Shown here: positions 37,125-45,880 of the stretch, in pieces | Numbering within the stretch: the first letter of the stretch is position 1 | How the letters are laid out: each line of letters opens with the position of its first letter | Origin: an uncultured Ruminococcus sp. | Lineage (GTDB): Bacteria > Bacillota > Clostridia > Monoglobales > Monoglobaceae | Assembly: GCA_902766745.1 (NCBI GenBank) | Contig: CACXES010000008.1 | Location: 400 to 64,399, forward strand | Direction of reading: 5' to 3' | DNA length: 64,000 bases | Program-made: the position numbers and the translations under genes | Notes under the pieces: model-generated | Told to the model about the DNA's origin: nothing | Seen by the model: the letters and a program-made list of their open reading frames with translations, nothing else | Databases searched by the model: none

Positions 37125-39410
37125 TTAATTCGGTTTTGCAAGTCTTTTTATTTGATTTGTGAATATTGTGCTTAATTCCTTTGCGGCTTCGGTGGTATAG
37201 CCCTCTGTTATAACCTTTATGCAATGTCTGTACTTTTCGGGGATAATCAGCACCCAGCCGTTGCTTTGATATATTTTTATGCCGTCGGTCAGATCCGTTT
37301 TTTCGTCCGAATACTTTTCGTAAAGCCGACGTATAACGTCGTTTTTCTTTGTATCCGCACATTCTATCTCGCTTTCGTGCATGGAGGAGGTCGGAATACG
37401 CTTTAAAAGGCTGTCGAAGCTCATATTCCTGCTGTTGAGGTAGTCAAGGAGTATAATTGCGGCATAGACTCCGTCAAAGCACAGCCGAAACTGGTCGAGC
37501 AACTTATTCTCGAGGGTAGATTTTAAAAGGTCTTGGTCAGACGCACCGCACTCCGTTATTTCTACTCCGGAATTTTTCAGCATATCCGTGACGCTTTTCG
37601 GAGCGGATACCGGAAGAGCGGCGGCATTGCTGCCGAAGTATTCGACGAGAAGAATTGCGCAGATGGAAAGATATGTGTTCCGGTCGATAATCTTGCTGTC
37701 GGAGGAATACAGCGTGATATGCTGACCGCTGCGGTCGATGTCTGCCTCAAATTCCCTGACGTGGGCGGCATCTGTAAGCTTCTCTATTTCAGACAAAATA
37801 ACCTCAAGGTTCTCCGACACCGTCTCCGATACGGTTCGGATTTCCATGTTTCGGTTGAAACGTCGACTTTTTAAGCCGTTGAGTATCTTCTGACGGTATA
37901 CGGTTTTATAGCCGCTGTAGTCAACGCCGTCCTTTAGCTTTTCCGCACCGCAGCGCAGAAACATATTTCCGAAAAATATTCCCTCCAACGCTCTCTCTGT
38001 GCGGCTGTCAAGCCCGGCTCCGCTGCTCGAAATAAAGGTGATTTCAGGGAAGAAAACTCCGTCGGTGCTGTTCTGGCTTATGTGTACTCCGCCGCAGAGG
38101 TGATAGTATCTGATGCCGCTCCGCATTACGGGCAGAGTCTGATCGCCGAAGAGACACAGCTCGCAGCCGGTTGAGGTAAGCCCGGCACACATTGCCTGAG
38201 CGAGCATTGCGCATGCGGGGGAGAAATCGTAGCTTATGCCGAATTTTGAATCGGAAAACAGTGTGCCGACGGCAGAACCGAGCTTTGCCATAAATTCAGG
38301 GGTGATATCGACATTTATCTCGCCGCGTATTGCGGAATTTTTCAGCAGCCTTTCCGTGCCGAAGCTGGCGCGGATAAGACTGTCGCTCAGGCGCACCTTG
38401 GCGCCTACACGCTTGTTCGGCCAGATTTTAACATTTGGACCAATGCTGCACCCGTATTCAAGCCGACAGCCGCTGCCGATGACCGCATTTTCGGATATGC
38501 GGCAGCCGGTGCCGATGCTGATGCTGTCTGCGAGAACGGCACCCGATATGTCTGCGTTCTCGGATATGCAGCAGCGTTGTCCCGTGATCGTATGTGAAAG
38601 CCTTGCCCCTTTGCGAATTATGCAGTCGCGGCCGATATAGGTGTTGCTCTCTATTTTCGCTCCGCGCTCTATTTTGCAGCCCGATGAGATGTAGGAGGGG
38701 GCCTCAAGTATTACTCCGTCGGAAAGCTCTGCGCCGTCCTCTATCCAAAGTCCGTCACGGAGCAGGTTGGCGTTGGTCTTAACGGGCAGGGAACCGTCCA
38801 TTATTTTTTTATGACATTCCATGTAGTCAAAGACGGTTTTGATTTGCATAAACTCTGCATCGGATACCAGGCCCTTAACCGGTACTCCGGCGGCAAGGCA
38901 GGATTTTATCAGCTCTGCGCCGTTTGTTTCGCAGCCGGTGAGTGCCTTTTTGAGAGAGTCGGTGAGAGTCACGGTGTATATACCGCCGAGAGGGTGAGAA
39001 AATGGAATTTTGCGGTAGGCGGCAGAGGTCAGCTCCTCGGCGAAACCGTTTCGATTCAATATTACGCAGGTGTTGTCGGAGGAGGTGTCACGGTTGTTTA
39101 GTACGGCGGTGACAGCGGTGTCTGATGAGTGAAATTTCAAAAGCTTTCTGAGGTCAAAGCTTGTCAGTGTGTTGACATCAAGCATTATAACAGTCTCACC
39201 TTCAGTGAGATATTCGGAAAAATTCATGCTTGCACAGTATTGAACGGAGGTGATTCCGAAGCCCTCGAGATATTTGTTGATATGGTAGATTATCGGCTTT
39301 CCCATAATTTGCAGGGTACATATGTCCTTTGCGTCGGCGATAGGACTTAAGGAATACATTGACGGTGAGGAAATAATGAGAGCTTTGGTATTATTGATAA
39401 GAGCTTTCAT
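37125..39410 (-). CDS. Three-part fusion: nucleotidyltransferase-like N-domain, left-handed beta-helix, and phosphoglucomutase/phosphomannomutase-like C-half
   Basis: 761 aa. Hexapeptide repeats span ~aa 230-340 (IERGAKIESNTYIGRDCIIRKGARL...). The PGM-like region has GGVHISQNS at the phosphoserine-loop position and FEADIDRSG at the metal-loop position. Confidence 0.7.
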   Translation of the reverse strand: MKALINNTKALIISSPSMYSLSPIADAKDICTLQIMGKPIIYHINKYLEGFGITSVQYCASMNFSEYLTEGETVIMLDVNTLTSFDLRKLLKFHSSDTAVTAVLNNRDTSSDNTCVILNRNGFAEELTSAAYRKIPFSHPLGGIYTVTLTDSLKKALTGCETNGAELIKSCLAAGVPVKGLVSDAEFMQIKTVFDYMECHKKIMDGSLPVKTNANLLRDGLWIEDGAELSDGVILEAPSYISSGCKIERGAKIESNTYIGRDCIIRKGARLSHTITGQRCCISENADISGAVLADSISIGTGCRISENAVIGSGCRLEYGCSIGPNVKIWPNKRVGAKVRLSDSLIRASFGTERLLKNSAIRGEINVDITPEFMAKLGSAVGTLFSDSKFGISYDFSPACAMLAQAMCAGLTSTGCELCLFGDQTLPVMRSGIRYYHLCGGVHISQNSTDGVFFPEITFISSSGAGLDSRTERALEGIFFGNMFLRCGAEKLKDGVDYSGYKTVYRQKILNGLKSRRFNRNMEIRTVSETVSENLEVILSEIEKLTDAAHVREFEADIDRSGQHITLYSSDSKIIDRNTYLSICAILLVEYFGSNAAALPVSAPKSVTDMLKNSGVEITECGASDQDLLKSTLENKLLDQFRLCFDGVYAAIILLDYLNSRNMSFDSLLKRIPTSSMHESEIECADTKKNDVIRRLYEKYSDEKTDLTDGIKIYQSNGWVLIIPEKYRHCIKVITEGYTTEAAKELSTIFTNQIKRLAKPN

Positions 39411-39753
39411 AATAGGTTAAGACTCCGTTTCTTGCGGCGGCTGCGGTTCAGCCTTCCTGCCGCGGTATTTTATGTTAGTATACGAGGTGAAAAAAATATT
39501 ATACACAGTAAAATTTTTCTTTTCTTTTATATTAATTTGTAGTATAATATATTTAAGTAAAGGATGGTATATAACGTGAAAGTTCCTTTCACGTTATGCC
39601 TCCGGCGGATTTAATTGCCCGTGCGAAATTTTCCTCGGCATAAGCCTTAGAAACGCACATGGGTGTAATAATCTCTTATCATTCCTTGCCCTGCGGATAA
39701 GAGAAGTTTAATTACGATTTGTGCCAATGCAGGGCGGCGGAATGGAGATTATT

Positions 39754-40428
39754 ATGGTAAGTATAGGAAACGAATGGGATGCTCTGCTTAGCGGAGAATT
39801 TCAAAAGGATTATTATAAAAAGCTGCGGTCGGTTTTGGCGCACGAGTACAAGACAAGAACAATATACCCGGATATGTATGATATTTTCAACGCATTAAGA
39901 TACACCACATATTCCGATGTAAAGGCGGTAATAATCGGACAGGACCCGTATCACGGACCGGGACAGGCTCACGGGCTTTGCTTTTCGGTGAGACGCGGAG
40001 TTGAACCGCCGCCCTCGCTGAAGAATATTTTCAAGGAGATACAAAGCGAGCTCGGAATTAAGCCGCCCGATTGCGGAGAGCTTACCTGCTGGGCAAGGCA
40101 GGGGGTGCTGCTTTTGAACACGGTTCTGACCGTGAGGGCAGGGGAGGCGAACAGCCATAAGAATATAGGCTGGGAGATATTCACTGACCGTGTGATTGAA
40201 ATACTGAACGAGAGGGAGAGGCCGATTGTATTTCTGCTTTGGGGTGCAAACGCCAAACGCAAGGCGGAGCTTGTGACAAATCCCGTACATAGGATACTGA
40301 CAGCCGCCCATCCCAGCCCTTTGTCAGCGTATAACGGGTTTTTCGGCTGCGGTCATTTTAAGGAGTGCAATGACTTCCTGACAGCTGAGGGGGAGGAGCC
40401 TATAGACTGGAGCGTGAAGCCGGTATAG
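39754..40428 (+). CDS. ung: Uracil-DNA glycosylase
   Basis: GQDPYHGPGQAHGLCFSV and AAHPSPLSA motifs. The start MVSIGNEWDALL is preferred over the track start at 39721. Confidence 0.92.
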   Translation: MVSIGNEWDALLSGEFQKDYYKKLRSVLAHEYKTRTIYPDMYDIFNALRYTTYSDVKAVIIGQDPYHGPGQAHGLCFSVRRGVEPPPSLKNIFKEIQSELGIKPPDCGELTCWARQGVLLLNTVLTVRAGEANSHKNIGWEIFTDRVIEILNERERPIVFLLWGANAKRKAELVTNPVHRILTAAHPSPLSAYNGFFGCGHFKECNDFLTAEGEEPIDWSVKPV

Positions 40429-40534
40429 ACTGTATTTTCCTTGAGAAAGCCTCAAATGCTTTGTGATAATATTGAAAAACAGGTAAAAATAATTTAAAAA
40501 ACGATAAAAATAATTGAAAAATTAAAAAAAGTAC

Positions 40535-40563
40535 TTGCATTATTCGATTTTATCTGTTATAAT
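40535..40563 (+). promoter_or_regulatory. Sigma-A-type promoter for rpmB (TTGCAT-17-TATAAT)
   Basis: The hexamers and 17-nt spacing were read directly, ~145 nt upstream of rpmB. Confidence 0.5.
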
Positions 40564-40706
40564 ATCCAAGTTGAGTATTTTTGTTAATGATTAATATACA
40601 TTAATCTGTAATAATTTTCTGCGGCAAATGCGGCAGAATGACTTAATTATCCGCACGGGGGTATTCCTTGAGCGGAACGATAAATTGCTGAAGGAGGTGT
40701 ATCTGT

Positions 40707-40895
40707 ATGGCAAAATGCGAAATATGCGGAAAGGGCGTTACCTTTGGAATCAAGGTTTCTCACTCACACCGCAGAGCAAATAAGGCTTGGAAGCCCAATG
40801 TTAGACGGGTTAAGGCTATCGTTAACGGCACCCCGACAAAGGTGTATGCTTGCACAAGATGCTTGAGATCGGGTAAGGTAAACCGCGCCGTATAG
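40707..40895 (+). CDS. rpmB: 50S ribosomal protein L28
   Basis: MAKCEICGKGVTFGIKVSHSHRRANKAWKPNVRRVK...; 62 aa. Confidence 0.95.
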   Translation: MAKCEICGKGVTFGIKVSHSHRRANKAWKPNVRRVKAIVNGTPTKVYACTRCLRSGKVNRAV

Positions 40896-40954
40896 TCATT
40901 GCTTTTGGGCATGTGACGAACCGAGTTCAGTAACCGAGTTCAATCAAAATGTTA

Positions 40955-40988
40955 ATAAGCATATCCGTTGCAGGGTATGCTTATTTTC
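40955..40988 (+). terminator. Intrinsic terminator after rpmB
   Basis: ATAAGCATA-loop-TATGCTTAT followed by TTTT. Confidence 0.7.
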
Positions 40989-41117
40989 GTAATTAGCGCT
41001 AATTTTTTAATACGGAATAATTATAAAGCAATTTGGTTATTTATATAGAAATTGGTTATTTTACGAGTGAGGCGGTGAGCCGCCCATAAAACAAATTTGC
41101 GAAAGGCTGCTTGACCT

Positions 41118-43493
41118 ATGGATAGTAAAACGCTTAAAACACTGGAATTTGATAAAATACTGCTTCGCCTTGCTGAGCTTGCCCGAAACGACGGGGCAAA
41201 GGAGAAGGCTTTGGCACTTGTGCCGTCCTCAAAGTACAACGCTGTTGTACAGACACTGGATGAGACGGATGCGGCGGTGACGCTTCTTTTGAAATACGGA
41301 ACGCCGGAGCAGGTGTCGTTTGCATCACCGGAGGAATCGCTGAAGCGGCTTGCCGTAGGCGGCGGTCTGTCCATGGCAGAGCTTTTGAACATTGCGAGGA
41401 TCTTAAAGGGCGCAAGGCTGATGAAAAGGTACACCGCAGAGCAAACGGGGGTTCTGTACGGATATGTTGAGGAGCTGTGTTCCGAAAAGAGGCTTGAGGA
41501 GAGGATAACCTCCTCAATCATATCCGAGAGCGAAATGGCGGATGGAGCCGGAGCGGAGCTTGCTGCGGTGCGCCGGAAAATGAGGAATGCCTCGGCGAAA
41601 ATACGCGAGACGCTTGACTCAATGATACATTCGCAGTATTACAGAAAATTTTTGCAGGATCCGATTGTCACAGTGCGAAACAACAGGTATGTAGTGCCCG
41701 TTAAAGCAGAGTATCGAACGGAGGTTCGAGGTATTGCCCACGATATGTCTTCGTCAGGGTCAACGGTGTTTATCGAGCCGGAAACCGTGGTGAACGCCAA
41801 TAATGAGCTGCATGAGCTTGGCGTGCGTGAAAAAGCGGAGATAGAGAAAATCCTCCTTGAAATATCCGCTGAGGCGGCAGAGGTAACGGAGGAAATACGC
41901 ACGGACTATGACACGCTTATACACTTGGATTTTGTAATTGCAAAGGGGAAACTGGCACTTGACATGAAGGCATCGGTGCCGCAGATAAATCGTGAGCCGA
42001 AAATCGAAATCAAGAGGGGGAGGCATCCGCTGATTGACAAGACTAAGGTTGTGCCGGTGGATATCGAGCTGGGCGGTGACTTTGACACGCTGGTAATTAC
42101 CGGGCCGAACACGGGCGGAAAGACCGTTGTGCTGAAAACCTTGGGACTGTTTTGCCTTATGGCGCAGGCAGGTCTGCACATTCCCGCAGCGGACGGCAGC
42201 TCTCTGCCGGTATGCCCGAATGTTTTTGCGGATATAGGCGACGAACAGAGTATAGAGCAGAGCCTTTCTACATTCTCGTCACATATGAAAAATATAGTCG
42301 AAATTTCGGATAAGGTCACAAGCGGCTGTCTTGTGCTTTTTGACGAGCTCGGTGCGGGAACCGACCCGACCGAGGGAGCGGCACTTGCAACGGCGATTAT
42401 CGAGGACTTTCGCTCTGTCGGTACAATGATTGCGGCCACCACCCATTACAGCGAGCTGAAAACCTATGCGCTCACGACGGACGGGGTTGAAAATGCGTCC
42501 TGCGAATTTGATGTGAGAACACTAAGCCCTACCTATAGGCTTTTGATCGGTGTTCCCGGAAAGAGCAATGCCTTTGCCATATCCGAGAGGCTTGGTCTGT
42601 CGACGAGGATAATCGAAAAGTCACAGCAGCTTTTGTCGGAGGACAGTGTCAGATTCGAGGAGGTTCTGTCCGGACTGGAGGAAAACAGACTGTCGGCGGA
42701 GAGAAATTCAGAGGAAACGGAGAGGCTCAGACGGGAAGCGGAGCGGCTGCGGCGTGAGCTTGCTGAGGAGCGAAACAAAATAGAGAGGCAAAAAGACAAA
42801 ATCTACGACAAGGCTCGTGAGAAGGCGGAGAAGATTATTGTCAGGGCGCAGAGTGAGATAGAGCGGCAGATGGAGGAGATTGAAAAGGCGCGGAAGGAAA
42901 AGGATGAGCGTGAAGCTCTGCGGAAAATGCAGGAGATGCGGCGCGAGCTGGGCTTGAAGCTTAAAAATAACAAGCCGCCCAAGGAAAAGAACCGTCCTAA
43001 GCCGGCGGGCGGAGTGAATCTCAATACCTTAAAGCCGGGTGCTGATGTTATAATTTGTGACATAGGTGACCGAGGCAGCATCCTTTCGATAAATAAGAAG
43101 GACAATACCGCCGTGGTGCAGGTGGGAATAATGAAGATTACCGCCCATGCGGATAATCTTGCGGCGGCACAGGAGGAAGCACCCGCAAAAAGAAAGAGAA
43201 GTGCTTCGACATCGACCGCAGGCATGGGCGGCGGACTTCGGCGTGAGGCGGCAAAGAGCGAAATTGACCTTAGAGGGATGAGCCTTGAGGAGGCAGAGAA
43301 CGCAACCGATAAGTTCCTGGATGAGGCGGTTATGTCCGGGCTTTCAACGGTCAGCATAATCCACGGTAAGGGGACGGGAACACTGCGCAGCGGCATTCAG
43401 ATAATGCTGCGCCGACATCCCCATGTAAAGAGCTATCGTCTGGGAAAATACGGCGAGGGCGAGGATGGTGTGACGATCGCCGAGCTGAAGTGA
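41118..43493 (+). CDS. mutS2: Endonuclease MutS2
   Basis: Walker A ITGPNTGGKT, a long coiled coil, and a C-terminal Smr domain (IDLRGMSLEEAE...IIHGKGTGTLR). Confidence 0.93.
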   Translation: MDSKTLKTLEFDKILLRLAELARNDGAKEKALALVPSSKYNAVVQTLDETDAAVTLLLKYGTPEQVSFASPEESLKRLAVGGGLSMAELLNIARILKGARLMKRYTAEQTGVLYGYVEELCSEKRLEERITSSIISESEMADGAGAELAAVRRKMRNASAKIRETLDSMIHSQYYRKFLQDPIVTVRNNRYVVPVKAEYRTEVRGIAHDMSSSGSTVFIEPETVVNANNELHELGVREKAEIEKILLEISAEAAEVTEEIRTDYDTLIHLDFVIAKGKLALDMKASVPQINREPKIEIKRGRHPLIDKTKVVPVDIELGGDFDTLVITGPNTGGKTVVLKTLGLFCLMAQAGLHIPAADGSSLPVCPNVFADIGDEQSIEQSLSTFSSHMKNIVEISDKVTSGCLVLFDELGAGTDPTEGAALATAIIEDFRSVGTMIAATTHYSELKTYALTTDGVENASCEFDVRTLSPTYRLLIGVPGKSNAFAISERLGLSTRIIEKSQQLLSEDSVRFEEVLSGLEENRLSAERNSEETERLRREAERLRRELAEERNKIERQKDKIYDKAREKAEKIIVRAQSEIERQMEEIEKARKEKDEREALRKMQEMRRELGLKLKNNKPPKEKNRPKPAGGVNLNTLKPGADVIICDIGDRGSILSINKKDNTAVVQVGIMKITAHADNLAAAQEEAPAKRKRSASTSTAGMGGGLRREAAKSEIDLRGMSLEEAENATDKFLDEAVMSGLSTVSIIHGKGTGTLRSGIQIMLRRHPHVKSYRLGKYGEGEDGVTIAELK

Positions 43494-43563
43494 GCGGAAA
43501 CCGAGCTAAGATTACATCCGGGTAACAAAAAAGTTTTTTTATGACAACAATTTTTTGAATTTA

Positions 43564-43592
43564 TTGACATAAAAATTTGCTTAGGTTATAAT
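43564..43592 (+). promoter_or_regulatory. Consensus sigma-A promoter TTGACA-17-TATAAT upstream of nrdR
   Basis: Exact consensus hexamers with a 17-nt spacer. This gives a ~250-nt leader that contains repeat E1 copy B. Confidence 0.6.
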
Positions 43593-43647
43593 TTTTACAA
43601 AAAGATGTTTAAAAGCTATTATTGTATGTGGTTTAAAATATTGTATA

Positions 43648-43815
43648 TGTGCAGATGTCCCCGCCGCTTGGGCGGCGGGGTCCGATTCGGAATTTCGGCG
43701 GGAGTTATAATCTCCCACTGAAGCCCTGAGGAGCTAACGCTCCCCGTGCGCACTTGCAATCTGACGCAAGCTCTGCTCCTTGCAAGCATCGCTCTGCGTT
43801 ACTCCGATTTAATTT
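43648..43815 (+). repeat. Intergenic repeat family E1, copy B (long form), inside the nrdR leader
   Basis: GTGCAGATGTCCCCGCCGCTTGGGCGGCGGGG...GAATTTCGGCGGGAGTTATAATCTCCCACTGAAGCCCTGAGGAGCTAACGCTC...GCTCTGCTCCTTGCAAGCATCGCTCTGCGTTACTCCGATTT. Confidence 0.85.
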
Positions 43816-43849
43816 CAGGGAAAGACATTTCAGGTGGGGTGATAAATAT

Positions 43850-44335
43850 ATGCGCTGTTTATACTGCGGAAATTTGGAAAGTAAGGTTGTTGATTCCCGT
43901 TCTACCGATGACGGAACCGCTATCAGACGCAGGCGAGAATGTCTGAACTGCGGCAGAAGGTTCACAACATATGAGAAAATCGAAAGTGTTCCGATTATTG
44001 TAATAAAAAAAGACGGCTCAAGACAGCAGTATGACCGAGAGAAGCTTCAGCGCGGAATTATGAACGCCTGCGCCAGCAGACCCGTATCGATTAATACTGT
44101 GGATAAAATGCTTGACGAGATAGAGTCCGCAATCCATAATTCGCTGGAGCGTGAGGTGTCAAGCGTGAAAATCGGTGAGATGGTTATGGACAGACTGCGT
44201 GATATTGATGAGGTGTCCTATGTCAGATTTGCCTCGGTTTATAAGCAGTTTAAGGATATTGATACCTTTAAGGCGGAGCTTGAGAAGCTTGCGGGAGGCG
44301 AAAAGGATGAGAAGAAGGTCGGAGATGCCGATTAA
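43850..44335 (+). CDS. nrdR: Transcriptional repressor NrdR
   Basis: [42 protein letters not shown] is a zinc ribbon plus ATP-cone. The track ORF start at 43754 is an upstream extension. Confidence 0.95.
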   Translation: MRCLYCGNLESKVVDSRSTDDGTAIRRRRECLNCGRRFTTYEKIESVPIIVIKKDGSRQQYDREKLQRGIMNACASRPVSINTVDKMLDEIESAIHNSLEREVSSVKIGEMVMDRLRDIDEVSYVRFASVYKQFKDIDTFKAELEKLAGGEKDEKKVGDAD

Positions 44336-44369
44336 ATCGTGCATTTTCCGCCCGTAAAAATGTGAAAAT

Positions 44370-44400
44370 ATACCCTGCGTTGCTCCGATTTTAATTTTTT
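44370..44400 (+). repeat. Fragment of E1 (3' end: CCCTGCGTTGCTCCGATTTTAATTTTTT)
   Basis: It matches the 3' terminus of copies A-C. Its tail CTCCGATTTTAATTTTTT recurs at 44751-44768. Confidence 0.6.
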
Positions 44401-44509
44401 GAGTTTCCCCGAAATTTGAAGACAAAAGTGCAATAAACGGCGTAAGTAAAAGTAAAAACGCAAATTCAAATTTGAAATTATCTGCGATTTGATACACTGA
44501 TAAATTTTA

Positions 44510-44566
44510 AAATAATTTTTTCATTGCAGTTGGGCTTGGCTACTGTATGGGCGCAGGGCAATTATT
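44510..44566 (+). repeat. 57-nt intergenic repeat R2, copy b
   Basis: 56/57 identical to 26013-26069; the single A/T difference falls in GGC(A/T)ACTG. Confidence 0.9.
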
Positions 44567-44773
44567 CAATAAAAATTATTTTAAAATTGCGTATTTAACA
44601 GCATTTAAGTATGTGAATATAAGCAATTTTTTGAAATATTTATATGAATTAACAGCCCGAAGCCCTGTTCCGACCTGCCGCTCCCGGTCGGCAATGTATA
44701 AATATTTCAAAAAATATGATTTGCGTAAAAAATTCGGAAACTCAAATTGGGAAACTCCGATTTTAATTTTTTC

Positions 44774-44802
44774 TTGACATATTGCGGCGCTTGTGATAAT
44801 AT
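44774..44802 (+). promoter_or_regulatory. Sigma-A promoter TTGACA-17-TAATAT with a TGn extension, upstream of mgtC
   Basis: Read directly. It leaves a ~150-nt leader whose 5' part (AGATGCAGAGATT) resembles the E1 5' end. Confidence 0.5.
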
Positions 44803-44953
44803 ATAAATAATTAAATACAGAGATGCAGAGATTTGGAGACGCGTCAAAGCTTGACTTTATCAGATACCGATAGTCTTGGTTTGGTGTGTTTTTTATTTAA
44901 TTTTTGCGTCCTGTTCAGGATACAAAAGTATTTTAACGGAAAGGGATGATAGG

Positions 44954-45664
44954 ATGTCGGAATACTTATTGGTACAGGGTGAATTTTTAATCAGGCTTGT
45001 TTTCTCTGCGGTATGCGGAGGGGTTATCGGCTACGAGCGAAAGAGCAGAGGTAAGGGTGCCGGAATACGCACGCATTTGATTGTGGCGGTTGCGTCGGCA
45101 CTTATGATGATCGTATCAAAATACGGCTTTGAGGATCTTGCAAACGGTGCATTCGGGACGAGAGGTGCGGATCCGTCGAGAATCGGAGCGCAGATAGTCA
45201 GCGGTGTCGGCTTTCTCGGTGCCGGGATGATTTACTTCAACAAGCGAACCCCGAAGGGGCTTACGACCGCTGCCGGAATATGGGCGACCTCCGGCGTGGG
45301 GATTGCCATGGGTGCAGGGATGTATGTTATGGCAGCCGCCGCAACGGCGGTTATTGTGGTTTCGCAGATCATACTGCATAAGAATCTCAGAATCCTCTAC
45401 ACGCCCAACGAGGAGCAGATACATATCATCGTCGAAAACAGTGAAAATGCGCTGACCTCCGTGGAAAATCTGTTTTCCGAGTATGATATTCAAATCGAGG
45501 AAATTGCTTTTGAACGGCTTCCGGATAACAAGCTTGAGCTTGATATTGCCGTTGCGGCTAACCGCGAGATTAACAGTGCGGAGATAGTGAAGATTGCTGT
45601 GGGAAATCAGCTTATTAAATCAATCAGCGTTCAGGGAGAGCACAACCTGAAGGTTAAGGCATGA
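44954..45664 (+). CDS. mgtC: MgtC/SapB-family membrane protein with a C-terminal ACT-like domain
   Basis: LIRLVFSAVCGGVIGYERKSRGKGAGIRTHLIV...GAGMIY signature. The ATG at 44954 follows AAGGGA. Confidence 0.85.
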   Translation: MSEYLLVQGEFLIRLVFSAVCGGVIGYERKSRGKGAGIRTHLIVAVASALMMIVSKYGFEDLANGAFGTRGADPSRIGAQIVSGVGFLGAGMIYFNKRTPKGLTTAAGIWATSGVGIAMGAGMYVMAAAATAVIVVSQIILHKNLRILYTPNEEQIHIIVENSENALTSVENLFSEYDIQIEEIAFERLPDNKLELDIAVAANREINSAEIVKIAVGNQLIKSISVQGEHNLKVKA

Positions 45665-45880
45665 TGCTTTAGGCTGATTATCCTCAAAGGAGAGGTGCAA
45701 AATAGATATTTACTTGCCAAAAACACTAAAAGATTATGCCGAATGAAGGGCTAAGTCATATCTAAGGATAATCTATACCGTCTGATGGGCTTTTTTTATT
45801 TGACTTTTTATATAATTTATTGTATAATAGTTAGCGTATTATGAAGAATAAGTAACAGCTCGGAAAGGACGGAGAATAAT

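Noticed and set aside
44547-44777. 76-aa ORF in the nrdR-mgtC spacer
   Set aside because: It starts inside repeat R2. The same MGAGQLF opening in copy R2a terminates after 14 codons. It has no RBS and an AT-rich low-complexity product.
44803-44953. M-box (Mg2+) riboswitch expected upstream of mgtC
   Set aside because: I could not find the conserved M-box core in the ~150-nt leader. Only small hairpins and an E1-like 5' fragment are present. cmscan is needed to be sure.
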